Shown: positions 49,580 through 58,588 of the stretch, in pieces
How positions within the stretch are numbered: position 1 is the stretch's first letter
How the letters are laid out: every line of letters begins with the position of its first letter
From: Limnochordia bacterium
GTDB taxonomy: Bacteria; Bacillota; Limnochordia; DTU080
NCBI GenBank assembly: GCA_050951545.1
Contig: JBMNJG010000003.1
Span: forward strand, 1-64,000
DNA length: 64,000 nt
Reading direction: 5' to 3'
Program-made: the position numbers and the translations under genes
The notes under the pieces: generated by a model
Databases searched by the model: none
The model's input: the letters and a program-made list of their open reading frames with translations, nothing else
Told to the model about the DNA's origin: nothing

Positions 49580-50344
49580 CTAGTCTTGCGCCTGAAGTGC
49601 CTCCAACAGCTCCGACGTCAACTCAAGATTGGTGTAGACATTCTGCACGTCATCATTGGCTTCCAGCGCTTCAATCAGTTCGACGACTCGGCGAGCCTCG
49701 GACTCCTCAACAACCATCGTATTCTGCGGCCTCATGGTCAGCTCCGCAGAATCGATAGGTACTCCATCTCGTGCTAGGGCCTCTTTCATCGCGTTTAGGT
49801 CCTCAGGGGCACCGATAATCTCGAAGCCCGCATCGGTAGTAGCCACCATATCCTCGGCCCCGGCCTCAAGAGCGCTCATCATCAGTTCGTCTTCCCCTAG
49901 GGAAGTGCCGGCGTTGGCCACGCAGATGACAGCCTTGCGCTCAAACATCCAGCCCACGCATCCACTCTCACCGAGACTCCCGCCGTGACGAGAGAAAATG
50001 TATCGGATGTCACTTGCTGTGCGGTTGCGGTTGTCGGTAGCAATGTCAATAAGAAGCGCTACTCCCCCTGGCCCATATCCTTCGTACACAAACTCCTCGT
50101 AGGTAAGACTCTCCAGCTCTCCCGTACCCCGCTTGATGGCACGCTGGATGTTATCACTGGGCATATTGATGAGACGAGCTTCATCGATTGCCATCCGCAA
50201 GCGGAAGTTGACATCTGGGTCGCCCCCACCCTCACGCGCAGCCATGGTCAGCTGTCGGGCTACTTTCGTGAATGCCTTAGCTCGCCAGAAGTCCTCTTTT
50301 TCCTTTTTTCGCTTAATGTTAGACCACTTGGAGTGTCCAGCCAT
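49580..50344 (-). CDS. yebC: YebC/PmpR family protein
   Basis: MAGHSKWSNIK, YEGYGPGG, TDNRNRT, DDVQNVYTN. Confidence 0.96.
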   Translation of the reverse strand: MAGHSKWSNIKRKKEKEDFWRAKAFTKVARQLTMAAREGGGDPDVNFRLRMAIDEARLINMPSDNIQRAIKRGTGELESLTYEEFVYEGYGPGGVALLIDIATDNRNRTASDIRYIFSRHGGSLGESGCVGWMFERKAVICVANAGTSLGEDELMMSALEAGAEDMVATTDAGFEIIGAPEDLNAMKEALARDGVPIDSAELTMRPQNTMVVEESEARRVVELIEALEANDDVQNVYTNLELTSELLEALQAQD

Positions 50345-50421
50345 GCATACACCCCCCCTACCAGCTATCTCTTCATCTACATAAGTTTATCACGCAGGTA
50401 GCTGGTTGCAAAGGTGCGATG

Positions 50422-51063
50422 CTATACCGAGGTGAGCTCCTTCATCTGCCGCAGCACATAGCGGTAGACTGCGTACACCAGTAACAGAGCAGGCAGTAGT
50501 GACAATGTACGGATAGTCACCAGAAAATCGTATAAAGCATGTAACACAGCAGCCAGTAAGAAACTCCTGAGCACAGCGAAAGAGTTGGCTGCCCCCATCC
50601 GATACAGACCAAGGTAGACCCCGAAAATACCTGCAAATGATGCATGGGCCAAGGATGTGATCACGGCGCGCACAAAGACCACCTGGCTGCCAAAAGCAAT
50701 GGTATACACAGCGTTTTCCACCACCGCGAAGCCCAGAGCTGCCGTAACTGCATACACAATGCCATCTTCGGGCTCATCGAAATGCCATGAGTAGAAGGCT
50801 ACCGCGAAGGCCGCCAGAAACTTGACCCCTTCTTCGATCAGACCGATCGCTAGCAGACCAACCAGTGAAGCTCCTTCGCCGACGAGTAAGGGTCGCAGTG
50901 GCCGCTCGAGCAAGGCTGCTGGTATGACGGCTAGCATCCCTGCTACGAATGCTCGTGCAAGCATGCCAAGAGGTTCACGACGACGATCACGACTGGCAAA
51001 AAACCACACCCACAAAATTCCAGGCAGAATCGAAACCACAGCGATAGACACAGCGTTCAGCAA
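50422..51063 (-). CDS. prsW: PrsW-family intramembrane protease
   Basis: EEGVK, DGIVYA...GFAVVEN, HASF, LHALYD. Confidence 0.88.
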   Translation of the reverse strand: MLNAVSIAVVSILPGILWVWFFASRDRRREPLGMLARAFVAGMLAVIPAALLERPLRPLLVGEGASLVGLLAIGLIEEGVKFLAAFAVAFYSWHFDEPEDGIVYAVTAALGFAVVENAVYTIAFGSQVVFVRAVITSLAHASFAGIFGVYLGLYRMGAANSFAVLRSFLLAAVLHALYDFLVTIRTLSLLPALLLVYAVYRYVLRQMKELTSV

Positions 51064-51131
51064 CAGATGTGCCCCCCTGCAGCTGCCGCGGTCAGGCAGT
51101 GCCTGTGTGGTTTGCCCAAGGATCAGCCTTG

Positions 51132-51650
51132 CTAGCCAGCATGAGTGCTGTTAGATGACGCCCGTATGACCACAAGAAGGTAATCGAGCCCTGCCAGAAG
51201 CGAGAGTGCTGCTCCAGTATACAGGAGGAAACGAAGAGCAAAGAGATTCGCCAGACCAGCCACCAAGGCGGGGAATAACAGCAGAGAGGCTGCCTTGCCT
51301 AGAGGGCGAGCACTAACCACCTTGTGTTGAGACAGGAGCCAGGCACCTCCAACTATGAGGGCCAGCTCCTTTCCTAGCAGTAAGAGCACGATCCACAAGG
51401 GAGCGAAACCACTAGCAGCCACCAAAATGAGACCCGTGGCCTGCAGCAGCTTGTCTGCGACCGGATCAAGCCACTTGCCTGTCGTGCTTATCTCGCCTCG
51501 TCGGCGAGCCAGCCAACCGTCCAAGGCATCTGTCGCTGCGGCAAGGGCGAAGACGACAGCGGCCTGTCCGGGTGCGTGCGCGCAGTGAAGCCACACCACC
51601 GCAGGTATGAGCAGAAGGCGCAGTAGCGTTACGAGGTTGGCCAGCGTCAC
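51132..51650 (-). CDS. CDP-alcohol phosphatidyltransferase (PgsA-like)
   Basis: DALDGWLARRRGEISTTGKWLDPVAD signature; GTG 51650 after GGGGAGG. Confidence 0.9.
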   Translation of the reverse strand: MTLANLVTLLRLLLIPAVVWLHCAHAPGQAAVVFALAAATDALDGWLARRRGEISTTGKWLDPVADKLLQATGLILVAASGFAPLWIVLLLLGKELALIVGGAWLLSQHKVVSARPLGKAASLLLFPALVAGLANLFALRFLLYTGAALSLLAGLDYLLVVIRASSNSTHAG

Positions 51651-51729
51651 TTTCTTCCCTCCCCACATTGCCCCATCACTTCCATGGAGAACCTAGTGGC
51701 AGTCGTCCCAGATCCAGAAGAGGGGACTC

Positions 51730-51912
51730 CTACTTGAGTCCCCACATCTCCTCCATGTTTCGGAGGATCCTGTCCAGTCTTCGTGCCCGGGCCTCTAGAC
51801 TCCTGAACACCTTGCTATAGGTGTTACTGTATCCATAGGCGCAACGCAGAGTGTACAACCGATCTTCGACACGCTCATACTCACCACGTATGCGATCCAC
51901 ACTGACGACCAT
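51730..51912 (-). CDS. Small hypothetical protein (60 aa)
   Basis: Fills an intergenic gap, strong SD GAGGGAGG, amphipathic helical pattern. Confidence 0.6.
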   Translation of the reverse strand: MVVSVDRIRGEYERVEDRLYTLRCAYGYSNTYSKVFRSLEARARRLDRILRNMEEMWGLK

Positions 51913-52010
51913 GCATGCGCCCTCCCTCGGATTTAGGGTGCACAGGCTGGCCGCAGCATGATACAGTCAATCACAGGTATCGGTGGTTAGGATGCTCGCA
52001 GAGGCCATCA

Positions 52011-53396
52011 CTAGCTGAGGCTCTGGATCTCCGCCCCTTGCTGAGGAGTCCCGATGACAATGACATCATCGTACCCACGAGCGAGGACTTCATCGTACAG
52101 CTCTGGGTGAAGCCCTTTCAGATAGTGCTCATAATACTCGGTAATCACGGTGTGCACAAATGCCTCGACTGAATCTTGATGTACAAGGTTGACTGTACAT
52201 CCACCGAACCCCGCACCCGTGAGTCTGGCGCCCACGGCCCCCGCAGAGCGCGCCACACGAACCAGCTCCTCAAGCGCTGGGCAGCTGATGCCGTATTCAT
52301 CACGACAGGAGGCATGCGAAGCATTCATAAGCTGCCCAAAGGAAATGGCATCGCCAGTACTTAGTGCCCTGACCGCCTTCTCTACTCGCTCACCTTCTGA
52401 GAGCACATGACGCATGCGACGTAGTAACGGAAACCCCTCTGTCGGCATAGGAAGCGCGTTTCCATCACCTAGACGCATATAGCGCTCTTCGACATCCGCG
52501 GTCGTGACTCCCAAAGACGCTGCTACCTGCCTTATGCTCCAGTTAGCATCGCCAAGAAACCTCTCTGCTTCCGCCAATAGCCGTGCGGAAGGCAACACCG
52601 AGAGTATCTCTGAGACACGAACCACTGTGTCAGGTACACCGTAGTCCCGCAATGCATGCGCTAGTAAAGCGGTGGCTATCCGACACTCAATAGGCAACCG
52701 GTTGTAAAGCAGACGCGCTTCTGCCGTCTTGGGCGCCTGAATCATACTGTTGCAGATGACCACGCTGTAGGCTGGCGGCAGATGTACGGTGGTAGCACGC
52801 AAAGGAAAGAAGTCAATCTTCAAGGATGTTCCAGCCTGAGCTAGTAACACGACAGCCTGATCCATGCCGCCGCCCATAGTACCCACGTAACGCTCAGCCG
52901 CAGCCATCTGCTCAGCTAACTTCACCCTGTCTAATGGCCATCCATGAACCGCCAATACAGCTAGAGCTGAGGCGACAACCATGGCTGATGACGAGGAGAG
53001 ACCAGCTGCTGCGGGCAGATCACTATCGACGAGGGCGCAAAAGCCGCGCATATCGCTCAGCTCTTTTCCGTCATCAAGCGCCTCGGAGACGAGGCCTTGC
53101 ACGCCAGCCTTAACGTAATTTCCCCAGTCACCCGTAGCATAGGGCCCAATATCTGCAGAGAGCATGAAAGAACGCGGTTCAAAGCGCTCCGCAGTGTTAT
53201 GCAGATCAACACGACGATCCAGTCGTGGCGCCACAAGCATGCGTATTTCGCGTTCGATGGCCGTAGGCATTACAGGGAGTCCATTGTAATCTGTGTGCTC
53301 GCCGATCAAGTTGACACGACCGGGCACTCGTACGCAGTGTGTAGGAGCGATCCCTGGGAAACGCTCCCTGAACTGTGTGATCAGATGGTTGGGCAT
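52011..53396 (-). CDS. GHMP sugar 1-kinase, galactokinase family (GALK2-like)
   Basis: PGRVNLIGEHTDY, PAAAGLSSSSA, GTMGGGMDQ, GARLTGAGFGGC. Confidence 0.9.
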   Translation of the reverse strand: MPNHLITQFRERFPGIAPTHCVRVPGRVNLIGEHTDYNGLPVMPTAIEREIRMLVAPRLDRRVDLHNTAERFEPRSFMLSADIGPYATGDWGNYVKAGVQGLVSEALDDGKELSDMRGFCALVDSDLPAAAGLSSSSAMVVASALAVLAVHGWPLDRVKLAEQMAAAERYVGTMGGGMDQAVVLLAQAGTSLKIDFFPLRATTVHLPPAYSVVICNSMIQAPKTAEARLLYNRLPIECRIATALLAHALRDYGVPDTVVRVSEILSVLPSARLLAEAERFLGDANWSIRQVAASLGVTTADVEERYMRLGDGNALPMPTEGFPLLRRMRHVLSEGERVEKAVRALSTGDAISFGQLMNASHASCRDEYGISCPALEELVRVARSAGAVGARLTGAGFGGCTVNLVHQDSVEAFVHTVITEYYEHYLKGLHPELYDEVLARGYDDVIVIGTPQQGAEIQSLS

Positions 53397-53444
53397 GAAG
53401 CAAAGACACCCCTTTAGTAGCCACTATCATCCGCGGCCCAGGCC

Positions 53445-54188
53445 CTAAGCCTGGCTATCATCGCCCGATTCCTCTTTAAAGAGCTTTCCCGCAGCTTGCA
53501 CATCCTCAGGCGTACCGATGTCACGCCAGTACCCTGCGAGGGGATAGCCGCGCACGTCTAGTCCGGCGGCGAGCATGGCCTGAATAGCATCAGGTAACTC
53601 GAACTCTCCGCGTGCACTCGGGCGCAAACGGGCCGTGTACTCGAAAACGACTGGGTCGAACACATACATGCCCGCATTGTTCCAGTTCGTGGAAGATGTG
53701 CCCTTGGGCGGTTTCTCCTTGATCTCCTGCACGCGATTGTCGGGTGCCAGATAAACGGCAGCCCCCCTATATGGATCGTCGACCCAGTTGAGCCCTAGTA
53801 TCGCATTGCCTTTAGTCTCTTCAAACGCCCGTATCATGCCCGCATAGTTCGATGCTGGCACCAGAATATCGCCATAGGTCATAAAAAAAGCGCTGTCACC
53901 AACGGAGTCTTTGGTCAGATGGAGAGCGCTACCCGTCCCATCGGGAACTGGTTGCCTCACATAGCGAATACTCACGCCCCACGGGCTGCCGTCACCAAAG
54001 AACCGCTCAACCACCTCGGCTAGATAACCTGTTACCACAACAAACTCGCGCACCCCTGCCTCGGACAGCGCGCAAACAATCCGTTCTAGGCAAGGTTTGT
54101 CCCCTACCGTAACCATAGGCTTGGGCCTAGTACGTGTCAGCTCGGCCAAGCGCGTCCCCCTGCCTGCCGCCAGGATAACCGCTTTCAC
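53445..54188 (-). CDS. Sugar-1-phosphate nucleotidyltransferase (single NTP_transferase domain)
   Basis: GTG 54188 after AGGAGG; KAVILAAGRGTRL...PKPM, YGD, EKP, RGEFELPD, WRDIGT. Confidence 0.88.
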   Translation of the reverse strand: MKAVILAAGRGTRLAELTRTRPKPMVTVGDKPCLERIVCALSEAGVREFVVVTGYLAEVVERFFGDGSPWGVSIRYVRQPVPDGTGSALHLTKDSVGDSAFFMTYGDILVPASNYAGMIRAFEETKGNAILGLNWVDDPYRGAAVYLAPDNRVQEIKEKPPKGTSSTNWNNAGMYVFDPVVFEYTARLRPSARGEFELPDAIQAMLAAGLDVRGYPLAGYWRDIGTPEDVQAAGKLFKEESGDDSQA

Positions 54189-54468
54189 CCTCTGTAGCCT
54201 CCTGCTCATCTGGCCGTGGTCGCCGCAACAACCTGCGCCATAGCCGCTCAAGTCATGCAACCTTCGACCCCATACAGGCAATCCCCTCCCGATTGCACCC
54301 GTCCGTCCCCTAGAGAGGCAGGAAACCCTAAGGCTTGTAGTTAATTCTCACGTAAAGGATTAGTTAAGGAGTACGCGTGTCGGCGCCAACCACATCGCTG
54401 GATGAAAATCGGGGCCGCCGACATGCCCGCACAGCATCACATCATTTTTCTGGGGAGTGGTCGGCGGC

Positions 54469-55917
54469 GTGTCTGATTACCCGCGTGTTGCCTCATTCAA
54501 GGATGCTCATGCCTTTGCCGAGTACATCGAATCGCTTGGCGCTAACCTGCCCATTGATGACGAGATCATTACTAGCTCTGCTTCGCCATTAGCCGCACCG
54601 CTTTCTATCGCAGGCCAACACGTAGGCAATCGCTGGTGTATCCAACCTATGGAGGGTTGGGATGCCACGGCGGATGGGCGTCCGAGCGAGCTAACTGAGC
54701 GTCGCTGGCGACGTTTTGGCGAGAGCGGAGCCAAGCTTATCTGGGGTGGTGAGGCAGTCGCTGTCCGACACGATGGTCGAGCCAATCCCAATCAGCTGCG
54801 CATCGGCACTGACACCGCAGCTCGCCTGGAGCATCTACGCAGCATACTGGTTGCGGCACATCAAGCGCATCATGACACGATTACAGACTTGCTTGTTGGT
54901 CTGCAGCTTACGCATTCAGGTCGTTACTGCCGCCCCAATGAAAAGCACAGAGGGGAGCCACGCATTCTCTACCACCACCCTCTGCTAGATGCCCGCGTAG
55001 GTATCGATGCGCAAGACGACCGACCAGTGCTTTCTGACATGGAGATCGATGAGCTTATCGCTGACTTCGTCGCAGCAGCTAAGCTGGCCCAAGAGATTGG
55101 CTTTGATTTCGTCGACGTCAAAGCATGTCATGGCTATCTGGGGCACGAGTTTCTCAGCGCTTTCTCCCGTCCAGGGCGCTACGGAGGCACGCTGCAAGGC
55201 CGGACAACTTTCCTCCATGAAATCATCAAGGGTATTCAGCGGGAGTGCCCTGGGCTCCTTATCGGCGTACGGCTAAGTGCATTTGATTCGGTACCCTATC
55301 GCCCAGACGAAGAGCACCGAGGACAGCCCGAGCCATTTGAGCATTGTCTCCCCTATCACTATGCCTTTGGCTGCGATCCGGATAGCCCCCTAGAGACCGA
55401 CCTGACGGAGACCATCGCGCTGCTTGCGACACTTCGTGATCTGGGTGTAGCCGCGGTCAACATCACCGCAGCCAGCCCCTACTATAACCCACACCTGCAA
55501 CGACCCGCTTTGTTTCCACCTTCCGACGGCTACCTCCCACCCGAGGATCCGTTACAGGGAGTGATCCGGCAGATTGAGGTCGTTCGCCAACTCAAGAAGC
55601 AGGTTCCCAACCTGCCCATGGTCGGATCCGCCTATACCTATCTGCAGGAGTTTCTGCCCCATGTAGCGCAAGCCGTGGTCGCAGCGGGCTGGGTAGACAG
55701 TGTTGGCCTGGGCCGCATGGTGCTGTCGTATCCACGTTTCCCGACCGATTGCCTGCAGGGGGAGCTCAACCGAAAGGCAATCTGCCGTACCTTTAGCGAC
55801 TGCACCACAGCCCCTCGCCACGGCATGGTGAGTGGATGCTACCCTCTAGATTCGTTTTTCCGAGAAAGGCCTGAGCGTGCGCAGCTTATCCAGTTAAAGA
55901 GGGGGGAAACGTCTTAG
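54469..55917 (+). CDS. NADH:flavin oxidoreductase (old yellow enzyme superfamily)
   Basis: [39 protein letters not shown]; GTG 54469 after GGGGAG. Confidence 0.85.
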   Translation: MSDYPRVASFKDAHAFAEYIESLGANLPIDDEIITSSASPLAAPLSIAGQHVGNRWCIQPMEGWDATADGRPSELTERRWRRFGESGAKLIWGGEAVAVRHDGRANPNQLRIGTDTAARLEHLRSILVAAHQAHHDTITDLLVGLQLTHSGRYCRPNEKHRGEPRILYHHPLLDARVGIDAQDDRPVLSDMEIDELIADFVAAAKLAQEIGFDFVDVKACHGYLGHEFLSAFSRPGRYGGTLQGRTTFLHEIIKGIQRECPGLLIGVRLSAFDSVPYRPDEEHRGQPEPFEHCLPYHYAFGCDPDSPLETDLTETIALLATLRDLGVAAVNITAASPYYNPHLQRPALFPPSDGYLPPEDPLQGVIRQIEVVRQLKKQVPNLPMVGSAYTYLQEFLPHVAQAVVAAGWVDSVGLGRMVLSYPRFPTDCLQGELNRKAICRTFSDCTTAPRHGMVSGCYPLDSFFRERPERAQLIQLKRGETS

Positions 55918-55982
55918 ACGTATCCCAGACTGAGGCGAAAGGAGTGAAGGTCGCTATCCTCGTAGGGTAGCGACCGCCGACC

Positions 55983-56306
55983 GTGAAACTGCTTGTCGCT
56001 ATTGTCAGTGACGATGATGTAAGAACCCTCTTGAGTGCTCTCATGAAAGCGGGTCATAGGGCGACTCGATTGGCCAGCACGGGTGGCTTCCTGCGCAAGG
56101 GCAATACCACGTTACTGTTGGGCGTCAAAGATAGCGACGTAAACAAGGTGCTGCAAATACTCCGCCAGACGTGTCGTCGCCGCACGGAGCCGTACCCTGT
56201 GAGCATTGGTGAGCACCCGACGATCATTCCGCAAGAAACCGTCGAAGTAGAAGTGGGAGGAGCGACCGTCTTCATTCTTCCCATTGAGCGGTTCGTGCAC
56301 ATGTAA
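55983..56306 (+). CDS. darA: PII-like c-di-AMP receptor DarA/PstA
   Basis: MKLLVAIVSDDD, TRLASTGGFLRKGNTTLLLG, VEVGGATVF. Confidence 0.93.
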   Translation: MKLLVAIVSDDDVRTLLSALMKAGHRATRLASTGGFLRKGNTTLLLGVKDSDVNKVLQILRQTCRRRTEPYPVSIGEHPTIIPQETVEVEVGGATVFILPIERFVHM

Positions 56307-56320
56307 CCCCAAAGCATCGG

Positions 56321-56346
56321 GAGAGCACCCGCCGGGTGCTCTCTTT
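56321..56346 (+). terminator. Intrinsic terminator after darA
   Basis: GAGAGCACCC-GCC-GGGTGCTCTC followed by TTT. Confidence 0.75.
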
Positions 56347-56360
56347 GTGCATCATGCCGC

Positions 56361-57476
56361 TCAGAAAAGCACACCACTCCGACGCGCCTGGACATTGGCC
56401 ACTAACCCCACCGCAGTCAGGTTTACGATCATGGCACTGCCACCATAGCTGACGAAAGGTAGTGGGATACCAGTCACCGGCATGACCCCTAGAGCCATGC
56501 CTATATTCTCGAAAACGTGAAAAGCCCACATCGCGAGCAGTCCCGTTGTGAGAAGCATCCCATAGCGATCGTAGCCTGTGGGGAGTCTCTTCACTGTGTC
56601 TAGGAAGACCCACAGGAATAGCCCTAGAAGAACCACACAACCCACGAAACCAGCTTCTTCAGCAAAAACTGAGAAGATGAAATCGGTGTGATGTGCTGGC
56701 AGAAAGCGTAACTGCGCCTGTGTGCCCTTGAGATAGCCCTTACCGAAGAAGCGTCCTGCTCCCACCGCGATCGAGGATTGGATCACATTATAGCCAGCTC
56801 CGAGACGATCAGCCCAAGGGTTAAGAAAAATCGTGAGCCTCAGCTTCTGGTAGGGGCGAAGAGCGAAATGATAGACCAGAGGCAGTATCGGGAGCACGAT
56901 CGCAGCCATACTCCCAAAGACTCTTCCAGGCACGCCGACAACAAATAGCATGGAGATCAGAATGGCTGCAAAGACCAGAGCCGATCCTAGGTCGGGCTGT
57001 ATCATTACCAGACCAAAGGGAACAGCGGTCGAGATCAAGATGGGCAGGAAATCGCGTACGCGATCAAAGCCTGCCTGATGGCTCTCCAGCTGGTCAGCCA
57101 ACACGAATATGAAGGCCAGCTTGGCAAATTCGGCAGGCTGCAACTGAAATGCACCAAGCCGGAACCAGCTCTGAGCCCCGCCTGCCCGTCGCCCTATCAG
57201 GAGAACCAGGATTAGACTACCGACAGCTGCCCAATAGAAGTGTCTCGTGTAGTGGCGGTATATATGGTAATCGGTGCGAAAGGCAATAGTAGCTCCTGTC
57301 AAGCCGATAGCAATGGCTACCATCTGCCGCTTGACATAGTAGAAAGGATCGGAGGTGGCATGACGACTCGCGGAATAGAGGGTAAACAGACCAATACACA
57401 GGATGGCCAGTACGCCTCCGACCAAGTTCCAGTTTACCCGCTTTACAAGCCTCTTCTCGACAATGGCCACCGTCAA
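56361..57476 (-). CDS. rodA: SEDS protein RodA
   Basis: GAQSWF, QPAEFAK, QPDLGS, GYNVIQS, FLPAHHTDFIF, PVTGIPLPFVSYGGS. Confidence 0.92.
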   Translation of the reverse strand: MTVAIVEKRLVKRVNWNLVGGVLAILCIGLFTLYSASRHATSDPFYYVKRQMVAIAIGLTGATIAFRTDYHIYRHYTRHFYWAAVGSLILVLLIGRRAGGAQSWFRLGAFQLQPAEFAKLAFIFVLADQLESHQAGFDRVRDFLPILISTAVPFGLVMIQPDLGSALVFAAILISMLFVVGVPGRVFGSMAAIVLPILPLVYHFALRPYQKLRLTIFLNPWADRLGAGYNVIQSSIAVGAGRFFGKGYLKGTQAQLRFLPAHHTDFIFSVFAEEAGFVGCVVLLGLFLWVFLDTVKRLPTGYDRYGMLLTTGLLAMWAFHVFENIGMALGVMPVTGIPLPFVSYGGSAMIVNLTAVGLVANVQARRSGVLF

Positions 57477-57503
57477 GTCCCCCCCTTGCCCAACTCATCG
57501 CGG

Positions 57504-58556
57504 CTACGAATCCAGGGCCTGCCGCAGATGCAACCACAGATCTGACGTGGCCAGCCCGTGCCGCCACACGGCCACGCCTCGCAGACCAAGGTCGCGAGCC
57601 ATCAACGCCTTGTACCGCCCCGCTCGTATCCCGTCCCACCAAGCATCCCCGCCGGAGACAGTAGCATGCTCCCCGTCGCCTTGCCCCTGCTCCATCGACT
57701 GGCTCATCCGACGCGCAGGCAGCACCTCGGTAGTCCAACCCGCCCCCCGCTTATGCCAGATGTAGCCGTAGGATGGCAGACCGAGAATCAGACGATCCTT
57801 TGGAACATGACGCATCGCCTCAAGAGCATTATCCCTTACCCACATCAAGGGCGCCACCGGTCCGGGACCCGTGTGAGGTCCATGCCGATCATATGCCATA
57901 AGAATGACACCATCGCTCACAGAAGCGAGACCGGGAAGGTCATGTAAGACCGCGTACGCCTCGTGGAAATCTACCTGCGGAAAGGCCGCTATCCACAGCT
58001 GAAGGCCCCGTGCCCTCAGCATGCCATGCAGCTCAGCAGAGAACATCACCAGGTGAGGTCTCACGCTAGCCCCGAGATACTCGACGTCTAGCACCAAGCC
58101 GTCGAGATGTCGCTCTCTCGCCCAGTTAGCCAGATTCTCAGCAAAGCGGAAGGCACCCTCTTGACGACATAGAATCGCCGGGCAACCAGCTGTTGTGCCA
58201 TACGGACCTGCATAGGCGACAAGCGGCCAGACCTTAGCCCCTTGTGAATGCGCCTCCCTCACGACCTCATCGCTAAAGACCTCTGAGGTCAGATTACCTT
58301 CTGCATCAAACCGCAACCAATGAGGAGAGACTACGTCGACCTGCCCACGTAGTTCACCCCGCAACCCCGCTAATGTCTCCTGCGGATCGGAGCCGGAAAA
58401 CGCCACAATCCAGGGATGTCTTGCTTCGTCTTCCGGATGCTTAGCTGTCTGCCGTGGTGCTTTCTCTCGAGTCATGATGATCGCCATGCCGATCACCATC
58501 ACTATCATCAAGGCCAAGGCCCATCTCCATAGGTGGGCTCTATGCGATTTCGCCAC
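57504..58556 (-). CDS. Membrane-anchored GH18 glycoside hydrolase (YaaH/YdhD-like, no LysM)
   Basis: LDGLVLDVE catalytic motif, LMAYD, PGPVAP, LGLPSYGY, GVAVW. Confidence 0.85.
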   Translation of the reverse strand: MAKSHRAHLWRWALALMIVMVIGMAIIMTREKAPRQTAKHPEDEARHPWIVAFSGSDPQETLAGLRGELRGQVDVVSPHWLRFDAEGNLTSEVFSDEVVREAHSQGAKVWPLVAYAGPYGTTAGCPAILCRQEGAFRFAENLANWARERHLDGLVLDVEYLGASVRPHLVMFSAELHGMLRARGLQLWIAAFPQVDFHEAYAVLHDLPGLASVSDGVILMAYDRHGPHTGPGPVAPLMWVRDNALEAMRHVPKDRLILGLPSYGYIWHKRGAGWTTEVLPARRMSQSMEQGQGDGEHATVSGGDAWWDGIRAGRYKALMARDLGLRGVAVWRHGLATSDLWLHLRQALDS

Positions 58557-58588
58557 GGCTTCCTCAATGCTCCTTTAGTGTGCTCACT

